Shown in pieces: positions 1 through 9,104 of a stretch of DNA of 64,000 nt. The notes under the pieces were generated by a model. The model saw only the letters and a program-made list of their open reading frames with translations. It ran no database searches and was not told the origin of the DNA. How positions within the stretch are numbered: position 1 is the first letter of the stretch; the number at the start of each line of letters is the position of its first letter. The position numbers and the translations under genes are program-made. Source of the DNA: an uncultured Verrucomicrobiota bacterium (GTDB taxonomy: Bacteria; Verrucomicrobiota; Verrucomicrobiia; Opitutales; Intestinicryptomonadaceae); the NCBI GenBank assembly GCA_949293415.1, contig CASFDK010000022.1:2686-66685 (forward strand). Direction: 5' to 3'.

Positions 1-20
1 AAAAGAGCGGTTCTTTCAAA

Positions 21-515
21 ATGAAGATAGACCAAGAGTTAGACCTGTCGCAGTTTGCGACAACATTCGATGGCGAAAACACGCGACTTTGCATAATATT
101 TCCGTTCGGCGACGGTTCGATAATGGTTTCTTCGGCGAAAACGGTTCTGGCGGACGGAACGGTTCTGTTGACCGAGGCGAGAAACATCCCGAACGGGTTC
201 GACTATCCCGAAAACTACGCATCGGAAAACCATCCGTTTGTTTCGAATCCGCTCGGGCTTCTGAAGATACACGCGCGGAGGTTGTCGGAATCGGCTTTAA
301 AGCCGCGGAAGTTGGACACCGCGCCGTTCGACGACCTCAACTGCGCCGTCAACGCCGAGATTGCCGCCAGCCAAGAGAGCGGTCTGACAAACCCCGTCCG
401 ATACTGGGGGGATGACGGTGTATTCACCGAAGACGGTAAATTCCGCTTCTGGAAAATGTCTTTGATGACGGCGTATTTCCCGTTTTTTACTGCAGGGGCA
501 AAGAGGTCTGTTTGA
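21..515 (+). CDS. hypothetical protein (possibly 5'-truncated by window edge)
   Basis: ATG at 21, but the frame stays open back to position 3, so this may be the 3' part of a longer gene. No motif recognised. Its end overlaps the convergent next gene by 29 nt. Confidence 0.4.
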   Translation: MKIDQELDLSQFATTFDGENTRLCIIFPFGDGSIMVSSAKTVLADGTVLLTEARNIPNGFDYPENYASENHPFVSNPLGLLKIHARRLSESALKPRKLDTAPFDDLNCAVNAEIAASQESGLTNPVRYWGDDGVFTEDGKFRFWKMSLMTAYFPFFTAGAKRSV

Positions 516-1563
516 GCGTCTCGGGCGGGAAATCGTCTTTCGACTTGGGATTGTGGATGTGGTGCGGTACTTTGCCGAGCCGCGATTCGAGGGCTTCGTC
601 GATCTCCGAAATTATGCGGTCGCAGATTTTTTCGACGTGCATTTTAAGCCAGATTGCCGTGGACGATTCGCCCGTGTAGTCGTTGGGTCCGTACGCGTCT
701 ATTCGGTCGGTTTCGAGAAGCATATCGTTTTGGGCGAATTCGGGGCGGCTTCCCTTGCTGTATACGGCAAACGCCTTGCCGCCGCCCTTGCGGACAACCG
801 AGAATACGGGAACGTCGCTCGGACCGTCGGCTATGTAAATCATATTGCGAATCGGCACGCGCCTGTCTTCGGGGGCGATGTGCGAGTTTACGTCTATTGC
901 GGGGTTTTTGTTCGTGCCCTTGTTGATTTCGAAAATGAAGCGCGTTTTGATTGTGTTGTCGACAATCATACCGATTTGATTGATTTGCTTCGAGAGCGAA
1001 TCGAGGTCGAATTCGGGCTGTTTTGTGAAATAGGGCGGGAGCGGCTCTTCGATGAACTCGCAGCCGAAAATTCCGTCGACGTGCGGAGCGATTGCGCTGC
1101 CGCGTATCATTTCGGAAAGCCCCGTACTTACGATGTAGTGTTCGAGCGAAATATCGACATTGCGCGATTTTGCGATGTCCGAAACGGTTCTGCGCAGGTC
1201 ATCGAAGAATGTAGGCAGTCCGCTGCAAAATTCGAGCTGTCCGCCGAGTTCGCGCAATTTGGCGTTGCTCAGCCCCTGCATATAACCGTTCTTTACGAAG
1301 CTGAGCAGGTGGTTGAGGTAGACGGTTTCGGGGGCGACGCGTATTCCGCGCTTGGCGTAGATTTCGGGCAGCATATTGACTTCGCGCCAAAAGAGTTTTT
1401 CGTCGATGTCGTACTCCCTGAAAATCGGCGTTTGCATGTATCCGGAGATTAGCGTCTTGTCGAAATCCCAGACGCAGGCTATCACGTTGCTTTTGCGGAT
1501 TGTTGTGTCGGACTTTGCATTCATTACGGTCGGAATGAAAACAGAATGTTTTTTTCTTTGCAA
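487..1563 (-). CDS. HAD-superfamily hydrolase (phosphatase-like, large cap)
   Basis: N-terminal DxDxT motif (VWDFDKTL) and a late acidic motif ([11 protein letters not shown]) are typical of HAD phosphatases. An alternative ATG lies at 1524. Confidence 0.7.
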   Translation of the reverse strand: MQRKKHSVFIPTVMNAKSDTTIRKSNVIACVWDFDKTLISGYMQTPIFREYDIDEKLFWREVNMLPEIYAKRGIRVAPETVYLNHLLSFVKNGYMQGLSNAKLRELGGQLEFCSGLPTFFDDLRRTVSDIAKSRNVDISLEHYIVSTGLSEMIRGSAIAPHVDGIFGCEFIEEPLPPYFTKQPEFDLDSLSKQINQIGMIVDNTIKTRFIFEINKGTNKNPAIDVNSHIAPEDRRVPIRNMIYIADGPSDVPVFSVVRKGGGKAFAVYSKGSRPEFAQNDMLLETDRIDAYGPNDYTGESSTAIWLKMHVEKICDRIISEIDEALESRLGKVPHHIHNPKSKDDFPPETLKQTSLPLQ

Positions 1564-1586
1564 GTATCTTCGATTTTTTCGATTAT

Positions 1587-3167
1587 GTGCGGATATATAA
1601 AATTTTTATGGTTTCGCGCAAAAACACAGTTGCAGCAGAATCGGAAAACGGCGGACGCGGACTGGTTGTGTCGGTTCTCCACGACATCAGCAAGACCGTC
1701 GTGAGAATGAAAGACGTTTCGCTGCTGCTCGGCGAGGTTCTAGACATCCTCTTCAAAAGGATGAACCTCACTCGCGGAACAGTAACCCTGCGCAAGGGAG
1801 ACCTGCTGACAATCTGCGCCTCGCACGGTCTGAGCGACGACGAGCGCAGGCGCGGCGTATACCGAATGGGCGAAGGCGTTACGGGCGACGTCGCCGCGCG
1901 CGGGATTTCGCGCGTGGTGCCCGACATCTCGCAAAGCCCCGACTTTCTCAACCGCACGCTGAGCCGCACGCTGAGCGGCAAGACCGCCTTCCTGTGCGTT
2001 CCAGTTTTCAACAGGGGCAACGTAATCGGCACGCTGAGCATCGACAGGATAAACCCTACGAAGTACGCGCTCTCCCGCGACCTCAAGCTCCTCGAAACCA
2101 TCGCAAACATCATTTCCGACGCCGTAACCGTGCTCTTTTTGGAGCGCGAGGAAACCGAAAAACTCAACATCGAAAACCGCGAGCTGCGCAACAAAATCGA
2201 CAGCCAACTGCGTCCCGAAAACGCCATCGGCAACACCGCCGCGATGATAAAGACATACGGGCTTATAGCCAAGGCGGGCGAGGGTTCGGCGCACGTCCTG
2301 ATACGCGGCGAGGTCGGCGCGGGAAAGGATTTCGCAATGCGCGCAATCGCAAACTATCCGCGCTGGAAGGAGAAACCGCTCGAGATTCTCGACTGCTCCA
2401 CAATGCGCGACTCCCTCATCGACGCGGCGCTTTTCGGCTCGGAAAATCCGCCCCGCGCGGGGCTTTTGGAGAGGGCGGACGGCGGCATTGTCTATCTGGA
2501 TTCCATCGGGCTTATCGGCAAACCGCTCCAGATAAAACTGCTGAAATATCTGGCTTCGGGCGAATACCAGCGTTTCGGCGGCGCGCAGACAAGGCGTTCG
2601 TCGGCGCGCATAATCGCCTCGACTTCGGGCGATTTGGAGGGGCGTATGCGCGACGGAATCATCCGTCCCGATTTCTACTACCAAATTTCGATATTCACGA
2701 TTTACGTTCCGTCGCTGCGCCAACGCCGCAGGGACATCCCCGCGCTCGCGAAATTCTTCCTGCAAAAACACGCAAGACTGCGCGAAAAAAAGGTGACTTC
2801 AATCAGCGCGGGCGCGATGAATATGCTGTGCGCATACCATTGGCCGAGCAACGTGCGCGAACTTGAAAACTGTATCGAGCGCGCGGTGATTATAGCTGCG
2901 GGGCAGTCGATAACCGAGTCCGACCTGCCGCCGTCGCTCCAGACCCCGCAGTCTACGAACACTTCGAAACTCAAGACCGAGGAGGATATCGACTTCGCCA
3001 AGATGGTCGCCGAGTTCGAGCGCGAAATAATCGTCGAAGTGCTCGCCGCAAACGGCGGCAACGCTTCGGCGGCGGCGCGCCAGCTTTCGGTTTCGCGCCG
3101 CATTCTCAATTACAAAATTGCGCAGCTCGGCATTGCGCCTAAGTCCTTCAAAATGCCCAAAAAGTAG
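1587..3167 (+). CDS. GAF-domain / AAA+ (sigma-54-interaction type) / Fis-HTH transcriptional regulator, atypical
   Basis: N-terminal GAF-like region, Walker A GEVGAGKD, sensor II NVRELEN, R-finger region RPDFYYQI and a C-terminal HTH ([19 protein letters not shown]). The GAFTGA loop is absent and Walker B reads VYLDSIG. Confidence 0.85.
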   Translation: MRIYKIFMVSRKNTVAAESENGGRGLVVSVLHDISKTVVRMKDVSLLLGEVLDILFKRMNLTRGTVTLRKGDLLTICASHGLSDDERRRGVYRMGEGVTGDVAARGISRVVPDISQSPDFLNRTLSRTLSGKTAFLCVPVFNRGNVIGTLSIDRINPTKYALSRDLKLLETIANIISDAVTVLFLEREETEKLNIENRELRNKIDSQLRPENAIGNTAAMIKTYGLIAKAGEGSAHVLIRGEVGAGKDFAMRAIANYPRWKEKPLEILDCSTMRDSLIDAALFGSENPPRAGLLERADGGIVYLDSIGLIGKPLQIKLLKYLASGEYQRFGGAQTRRSSARIIASTSGDLEGRMRDGIIRPDFYYQISIFTIYVPSLRQRRRDIPALAKFFLQKHARLREKKVTSISAGAMNMLCAYHWPSNVRELENCIERAVIIAAGQSITESDLPPSLQTPQSTNTSKLKTEEDIDFAKMVAEFEREIIVEVLAANGGNASAAARQLSVSRRILNYKIAQLGIAPKSFKMPKK

Positions 3168-3182
3168 GGCGGTACGGCGGCG

Positions 3183-4421
3183 TTATCCGCCCGATTTTTG
3201 TTTTTGCGCCGTCCAGTACGCCGCCCAGTGGAAGAGAACGCCGCAGCTTGCGCATTTTTCGTAGTCTGTCTTCGCCGCGGACTCTTCGAAGAACATTTCT
3301 ATGCGCGGCGGAATTTTCCCGCTCGGAGAGAGGGCGGCGATTAGCGGAAGTTCGCCCGTTTCGCGTATCGTGCGCCACACGTCGCGCGAATGTCCGAGTT
3401 TGGGGATGTTGTAGCCGTTGCGTACTTCGATTCTTTCGGGATTGCGCCAGTCGCCGTAAAGCGCGGCGGTTTGCGTGCCCGCAAAACGCCTTTCAAGTTT
3501 GGGCGAAAGTTTTACGCACAGGTCTACAACCTTGTCCATCAGGGCGGATATTCTCGCCTTTAGCGCGGGGTCGGTTTCGAGTTCGCGGAGAAGTTCCAGC
3601 GAAATCTGCATCTGCAAAAACGAGTATATGGGAGTATGCGAATTTATCTCGATTTTTTCGGACACGGCGACGGCTTTTTCAATGCGGTCGCGGTAGAGCT
3701 TGAGGTAGTCGGAATTTTTCGAAACATCCCACGCGGCGGCGTACACCATCGGAAGCCTTGCGGCGGAGTGAGGTCTTTCGAGCGTGAAGCGGCTTATGCG
3801 GAGCGCGCAGCGTCTGCCGTCGAGGCGCAGGGAATCGAAATCGTTTTTTTCGTTCACGTTGCGGCGCAGGCGTTCGGCGACACGCAAAATCGCGCCTTTG
3901 ATTTTCGCTCTGTCGGCGGAGTCGGCAAGCGGGCTGCGGTAGTATTTCCAGAGCCCGTGGACACAGTGCGTGTACTGGTCTATCGATGAGTTTATGTAGA
4001 CGCTTTTGCCGTCTTCGGGGCAGATTCCGCGGGCGACGAAACCGTCGGGCTGCACGAGGTCGTCGAGCCCCGCGAGGACTTTTTTCGCCTGCGCGGCTAT
4101 GCGCCTGTCGGATGTCGCTTCATATTTGTCGGCAAGGGCGGCGAGCACCGTTCCGCCCAAGATTGCGCAGTCTTCCATTCCCGTTGCGTAGCCGCAGGGG
4201 TTGGGATACTGGCGTTTCACTTCGTCGGCGGTGGGCAGGTGGTTTTGACAGGTTTTGTCGTCGAATGAAGTCAGGCACTCGTAGAAGAGATTCGTGCTCG
4301 GCAGAAAGAAGCGCGACCACATAATGCGTTCGGCTTGGTCGATTTTTTCGCGCGGAATTTCCGCGCGGACAAACGGCGCAATCGCAATGGCAAGCGCAAA
4401 GGCAAATGTAAAGGTTTTCAT
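3183..4421 (-). CDS. secreted hypothetical protein
   Basis: Start moved to the internal ATG (MKTFTFAFALAIAIAPFVRA), which gives a clean signal peptide. Protein-like composition, no family recognised. Confidence 0.6.
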   Translation of the reverse strand: MKTFTFAFALAIAIAPFVRAEIPREKIDQAERIMWSRFFLPSTNLFYECLTSFDDKTCQNHLPTADEVKRQYPNPCGYATGMEDCAILGGTVLAALADKYEATSDRRIAAQAKKVLAGLDDLVQPDGFVARGICPEDGKSVYINSSIDQYTHCVHGLWKYYRSPLADSADRAKIKGAILRVAERLRRNVNEKNDFDSLRLDGRRCALRISRFTLERPHSAARLPMVYAAAWDVSKNSDYLKLYRDRIEKAVAVSEKIEINSHTPIYSFLQMQISLELLRELETDPALKARISALMDKVVDLCVKLSPKLERRFAGTQTAALYGDWRNPERIEVRNGYNIPKLGHSRDVWRTIRETGELPLIAALSPSGKIPPRIEMFFEESAAKTDYEKCASCGVLFHWAAYWTAQKQKSGG

Positions 4422-4485
4422 TGCGACAGACAAAACGAAAAAAACGGACACTGCAAAACAATTCGGCGGATTGTCGGCGGACGAC

Positions 4486-4527
4486 AAAAAAATCGGGGTC
4501 GCCTTTGCATTGCGGGCAGCCCCGATT
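4486..4527 (-). terminator. intrinsic terminator downstream of the decarboxylase gene
   Basis: Hairpin ATCGGGG...CCCCGAT with an inner GCC/GGC stem. It is flanked by an A7 run, which reads as a U-run on the minus strand, 54 nt after the stop codon. Confidence 0.5.
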
Positions 4528-4580
4528 TTTCCGTTTCGACGCCCTTGCGGGTTTAGAATTTTACGGACAGTACGCCGAAT

Positions 4581-5753
4581 CTATCCCGCAATGTCGTCGG
4601 CGATTTTGTCGCACATTTCGGGCGTGAAGTATTGCATAACCACAACGTGCGAGAGTTTGCCCCAGTGTTCGTCGTCGGAGCACGCCAGCGCGTATTTGTG
4701 TACAACTTCGTCTTTCGGGCGGCGGAAAATCACCGTGTTCGAGTACGGATTGCGCCACGTTTTCACGCCGCGTTTTTCGAGCGCATTGCGGAAATATTCG
4801 GCGTTTGCAAGCACGCGTTCCGCCTGTTCGCGCATTCCGTCTTTGCCCGTCGTCGATATGCGCCAGAAAAGTTTGAGCGCGTCGAAGCCGCTTCTCGAGC
4901 AGCTTATTGTTGGGATTACGCCGTTGAGATACGGCACCGGATTGTTCTGTACATGGCTGAAAGCCTCCCTGCGGCAGACAAAAATTCCCGCGGGCTCGTT
5001 CATACCGTAGAATTTGTGTCCAGAGACGGCGACCGAATCGAAGCCCATTTTCTGCGCGTCGAGAATTTCGCGCGCCTTGGGGTCGTCGAGGAACGGCATA
5101 TAGCCTCCGAAGAGGGCTGCGTCGAGGTGCCTGTAGACGAAGGGCGGATTGACTTTTTTGAGCACTTCGTCGATTGCGCGCTGGTCGTCGATTGCGCCCT
5201 TGAACGTGCCGCCGATTGCTATGGCAACGAGCGCGGGGCGGTCGGGCGAAAGCTTTTTTTCGAGGTCGGAAACGTCCATCGAACCGTTTTTGCGGGCGCG
5301 GATTGTGCGCGTTTCCATATTGAGGATGTCGCCGAGCTTTTTGACCGAGTAGTGCGCTTCGTCGGAAACGTACAAGACGGGCGGCACGGACGATTTTGCC
5401 TCGAGCGTCTTGCGTCCGAAGTACAAGCCGTGCATATTGCCGTCGCTTCCGCCGTTGGAAATCACGCCCCAGCGGTCTTCGTCGAAGTTGAACGAGTCGG
5501 CGACGAAATCGATGCAGGCGCGCTCGAATTCGTCGGTGTGGAGCATATCCCACTGCGTTTTGTAGGGGTCGCCCACGTTGATGAGCGTGAGGTCGCAAAG
5601 CCCCGTGTCGGCGAGCCAGCGGTAGTACTCCTTAAGGCTCGTCTCTTGGTCGAACGGGTAGCCGAGCTGCTCAAAGCGGCGTTCGCGGAGGTTTTTCGCG
5701 AGCGCGTCGAGCCGCCGCATTGTTGCGGAATCGGGTTTTGAATGTCTTTCCAT
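4581..5753 (-). CDS. PLP-dependent group II decarboxylase (histidine-decarboxylase-like)
   Basis: PLP-lysine motif VAVSGHKFYG. Length and overall pattern resemble Gram-negative pyridoxal-type histidine decarboxylases. Substrate not determinable here. Confidence 0.75.
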   Translation of the reverse strand: MERHSKPDSATMRRLDALAKNLRERRFEQLGYPFDQETSLKEYYRWLADTGLCDLTLINVGDPYKTQWDMLHTDEFERACIDFVADSFNFDEDRWGVISNGGSDGNMHGLYFGRKTLEAKSSVPPVLYVSDEAHYSVKKLGDILNMETRTIRARKNGSMDVSDLEKKLSPDRPALVAIAIGGTFKGAIDDQRAIDEVLKKVNPPFVYRHLDAALFGGYMPFLDDPKAREILDAQKMGFDSVAVSGHKFYGMNEPAGIFVCRREAFSHVQNNPVPYLNGVIPTISCSRSGFDALKLFWRISTTGKDGMREQAERVLANAEYFRNALEKRGVKTWRNPYSNTVIFRRPKDEVVHKYALACSDDEHWGKLSHVVVMQYFTPEMCDKIADDIAG

Positions 5754-5812
5754 CTTGAACGAATAACAATACCCGCCGATGATTACCCCGCCGCGCCAAT
5801 AGTCAAGTAAAC

Positions 5813-6529
5813 TCAGAACACGCAGCCCGCGAGCGTTGCGATTACGGCTGAATCCGTCCGAAGAACGCGTCCGCCGAGCGACACAAGCCTGAAACCGCGC
5901 GCGCGGAGGGCTTTTCTGTCGTCGTCGGTAAAGCCGCGTTCGCCGCCGAGCAGGGCGTAAACGGTGCGGTTTTGCCTGTCGGCGAGCGCGTCGGGCAGCC
6001 CGATTTCGGCTTCGTACACGTCGGGGGCGATTTTCGGCGCGTCGGCCGGCACGCCCGAAAGCAGATTTTCAGCCGCCTCTTCGAGGTTGCCCGCCGTCGA
6101 AAATTCGGGAATGTACGTCGAACATGACTGTTCCGCGCCCTTTTCGAGCCACTTCAAATATTCGCCCTTTGCGTAGAGTCCGCTTTTTGCGTAGTCGGCT
6201 TCGCCCTTTGTCGCCGCGTAGAAAACGAGCCTGTCCACCCCGAAACACGCCGCCTCGAATAGTATTCGCTGCGCAATTTGCGGACGCGCAAACGCGACGG
6301 CAAGACAAACGCCGAGCCTGTCGGGGTTGGCTATTTCGCGCAGCGGCACAAGCTCCGCGCCGCCGTCCGAACGGCGTATGAATCGGCATATCCAGAGTTT
6401 GCCGTTGAGCGTTCCCGCGAAGATTTCGCCGCCGTTTGCGGTTTTCAGTACGCCGTCTATATGCGCAAGCTTGGGGTCGTTCGGCGCGAGTTCGAACGGC
6501 GGGGTTGTGTGGAAAAGCAGACAGTTCAT
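5813..6529 (-). CDS. rsmE: 16S rRNA (uracil1498-N3)-methyltransferase RsmE-like (SPOUT)
   Basis: C-terminal motifs LLGGERGFTDDD and LGGRVLRTDSAVIATL match the RsmE pattern (GPEGG..E / LG.RILR.ETA). Start set at the internal ATG (MNCLLF). Confidence 0.7.
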   Translation of the reverse strand: MNCLLFHTTPPFELAPNDPKLAHIDGVLKTANGGEIFAGTLNGKLWICRFIRRSDGGAELVPLREIANPDRLGVCLAVAFARPQIAQRILFEAACFGVDRLVFYAATKGEADYAKSGLYAKGEYLKWLEKGAEQSCSTYIPEFSTAGNLEEAAENLLSGVPADAPKIAPDVYEAEIGLPDALADRQNRTVYALLGGERGFTDDDRKALRARGFRLVSLGGRVLRTDSAVIATLAGCVF

Positions 6530-6613
6530 AAAAAATAGAATGTCTCCACAATAGCGCGCGGTTTTGCCGACTGTCAAACACAACAAAATTTATGGGTTGA
6601 AATCGGCGGGGTA

Positions 6614-6991
6614 ATGTGCTGTTATGGGAGTATGAATTCTCAGTTTACTCAGGAAGACGAGGCGGCACTGCGCGAGTCGCTCAAAAGATGTTCACCCGAA
6701 ACAATCGAAAAAGCGGTGGAATTTAGAAAAACCGGCAATGCCGAACTCGTCGGCGATGTCGTAATCGGCATAATCGAACGCTTTGCCGAGCCCGAAAAGC
6801 GCGAAATGCTAAAGAATCCCTCGGACGACCTCGTTATCGTCGACGACCTCGGGCTCGATTCGCTCACGATGGTCGAAATCGTTCTGGCAGTGGAAGACGC
6901 AATCGGCACGACCATCGCCGAAGAGGATGTCCAGAAGCTCCGCACGCTCGGCGACATCAAAAATTTCATCAAGGAAAAAGTCAGCCAATAG
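6614..6991 (+). CDS. acyl carrier protein-like, with N-terminal extension
   Basis: Phosphopantetheine attachment motif DDLGLDSLTMVEIV in the C-terminal ~75 aa, preceded by a ~45-aa extension. An alternative ATG lies at 6632. Confidence 0.7.
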   Translation: MCCYGSMNSQFTQEDEAALRESLKRCSPETIEKAVEFRKTGNAELVGDVVIGIIERFAEPEKREMLKNPSDDLVIVDDLGLDSLTMVEIVLAVEDAIGTTIAEEDVQKLRTLGDIKNFIKEKVSQ

Positions 6992-7302
6992 GCGGCGGTT
7001 CGCGTCGGGCGCGCAAAGCGGGTCGGACGGGGTGTTCGGCAAAACGCCGAAACTCGGACGGGGAACGGGAAAACCGTTTCATCGTCTCCGACTCGGGGTG
7101 CGGCGGCATACGTTTCCCGTATCCGCCTTTGTCCGCGCGAGGTTCTTTTAATTCGGCTGCCGATTGCCGATTTTAATTTCGTGCAGGAAGGGCTTTGCCG
7201 CTTTTCTTTCGGAAAACATCGGGCGTTCTTTGTTTCACAATTTTAATCTTTTTTGGTCTTTTCGATATCGGGGGCTGTCGGAAGGATTTTACCGTTTATT
7301 AG

Positions 7303-8346
7303 ATGGAAGACATTGCCGACATACCAAATTCAGTAATCGTCAGACGCCTCACCAAATGCTACGGCTCGGCGAAGGCGGTTGAAAGCGTTTCCTTCAGAAT
7401 AGGCAAGGGCGAGGTCGTCGGCTTTCTTGGTCCCAACGGCGCGGGCAAGAGCACCACGATGCGCATAATTGCGGGGCTTATGCCCGCAACTTCGGGCAGC
7501 GTGCACATCTGCGGAATCAGCGTGGCGAACTATCCCGACAGGGCGCGGAAACACATCGCCTTTATGCCCGAAAACAACCCCCTGCCCGAGGATTTGCGAG
7601 TGGGCGAATATCTGCGCTTCCGCGCGCGCATAAAAGACGTCCCCGAATCCGAGGTCGCAAAGCGCGTAGACGAGGCGATGGAAATCTGCCAGCTCAAGCG
7701 TTCGGCGGCGAAAAAGATAATCGGCAACCTTTCGAAGGGTTTCCGCCAGAGGGTGGGAATTGCCGACGCGATTTTGTCGCGCCCCGACGTGATAATTCTC
7801 GACGAACCCACAATCGGGCTCGACCCCCACCAGATTCTTGCCATCCGCGAGCTTATCCTGTCGCTGCGCGGCAAAATGAGCGTAATCATCAGCAGCCACA
7901 TCCTGCCCGAAATAGAGCTTGTCTGCGACCGCGTGATAATCATCAATCAGGGAACGGTCGTAGCCAGCGGCTCGCCCGAAAGCCTGCGCAAAGACTTCAT
8001 CCCGCGCGACAAGTACGAGGTCAGTCTGCGCGCCGCACCCGAGCGTTTCGCCGAAGTCTTGTCGGCTATGCAGCTCGACCTTTCGATAATTTCGCATACG
8101 CAGCCGGACGCGCGGGGATATGTCGACTACGTTTTGTCCGCGCCGCAAAATTCCGATTTGGGGGCTGCGATAATCGGAGAGCTTTCGAAGGACACAATGC
8201 TTATGCCGCGCCTTGTCGCGTACCGCAAGCCGTCGCTCGAGGAGATATTTATGGCGGCGACGCGCCGCAGCTGGGAGCAGTTGCGCGACCTTCCGCAACC
8301 CTCCAAAATGGTCGAGGAAATCGACAAGGAGATGACCGAAAAATGA
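7303..8346 (+). CDS. ABC transporter ATP-binding protein (GldA-like)
   Basis: Walker A GPNGAGKST, ABC signature LSKGFRQR, Walker B IILDEPTIGLD. Confidence 0.9.
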   Translation: MEDIADIPNSVIVRRLTKCYGSAKAVESVSFRIGKGEVVGFLGPNGAGKSTTMRIIAGLMPATSGSVHICGISVANYPDRARKHIAFMPENNPLPEDLRVGEYLRFRARIKDVPESEVAKRVDEAMEICQLKRSAAKKIIGNLSKGFRQRVGIADAILSRPDVIILDEPTIGLDPHQILAIRELILSLRGKMSVIISSHILPEIELVCDRVIIINQGTVVASGSPESLRKDFIPRDKYEVSLRAAPERFAEVLSAMQLDLSIISHTQPDARGYVDYVLSAPQNSDLGAAIIGELSKDTMLMPRLVAYRKPSLEEIFMAATRRSWEQLRDLPQPSKMVEEIDKEMTEK

Positions 8347-9104
8347 GAAGATTCCGCATACTCGTCCGCCAGCAAATCTGGCAGCTTTGCATATCGCCGT
8401 CGACGTACATAGCGGCGTTCCTGTTTTTGGGCTTTATGGGCTTGATGTATCTGTTTGCGCTTGTAGACGTGGGCAGGTCGGCAAGCGACAGTTCGCCCGT
8501 GGCGAATTTCCTTTCGGTATTCTGGGTGCCTGTGTTGTTTATGGTGCCGCTTCTTACGATGCGTTCGCTCGCAGACGAGCGCAGGTCGGGCACGCTCGAG
8601 GCTCTGATGACGACCCCCGTGAACGCTTGGCAGATTGTGCTCGCCAAGTTTTCGGCGTGCTACTTTTTCTACGTCCTGCTGTGGGCATTGACGCTTTTGT
8701 TTCCGCTAATCTCGCGTTTATATCTTCCGCAGGTTGCGGCGGATCCTCGCTTTTTCGACGCGGTGCAAATGGGCGCGGGCTATCTTTTCATAGCGGCAAG
8801 CGGCGCGATGTTCATTGCCGTGGGGATTTTCGCAAGCTCGCTCACGCGCACGACCCTCGTCGCGGGGATGCTTTCGTTTTGCATACTCTTTCTGGTGATA
8901 ATCGGCGCGGGAATGCTCTCGAAGTTTCCGCTTCCCGAGAGTCTTTCGTGGCTCTCCTCTGCGGGCGAATATTTGCAGACTTTCAGGCATTTCGACGACT
9001 TCATTTCGGGGGTGATGGACACGCGCCCGTTCTTCTTCTACGTCAGCACGACATTCGTTCTGCTCGCGATAACCTCATTGATTACGGAGTCTAAAAACAA
9101 ATGA
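8343..9104 (+). CDS. ABC-2 type permease (GldF-like)
   Basis: Six predicted hydrophobic helices. ATGA start/stop overlap with the ATPase gene. Confidence 0.8.
   Translation: MRRFRILVRQQIWQLCISPSTYIAAFLFLGFMGLMYLFALVDVGRSASDSSPVANFLSVFWVPVLFMVPLLTMRSLADERRSGTLEALMTTPVNAWQIVLAKFSACYFFYVLLWALTLLFPLISRLYLPQVAADPRFFDAVQMGAGYLFIAASGAMFIAVGIFASSLTRTTLVAGMLSFCILFLVIIGAGMLSKFPLPESLSWLSSAGEYLQTFRHFDDFISGVMDTRPFFFYVSTTFVLLAITSLITESKNK

Noticed and set aside
4561-5741. 345-aa alternate-frame minus-strand ORF and 369-aa plus-strand ORF overlapping the decarboxylase gene.
   Set aside because: Only the 390-aa frame has the PLP-lysine motif and a protein-like composition. The others are Arg-rich or antisense.
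7154-7168. Sigma-54-like sequence TCGGCTGCCGATTGCC upstream of the Gld-like ABC operon. A similar one, TGGTGCTATTTTGCTT, lies at 51139-51154.
   Set aside because: The GG-to-GC spacing is one nucleotide too short in both (11 instead of 12), and the -24 region is poorly matched.
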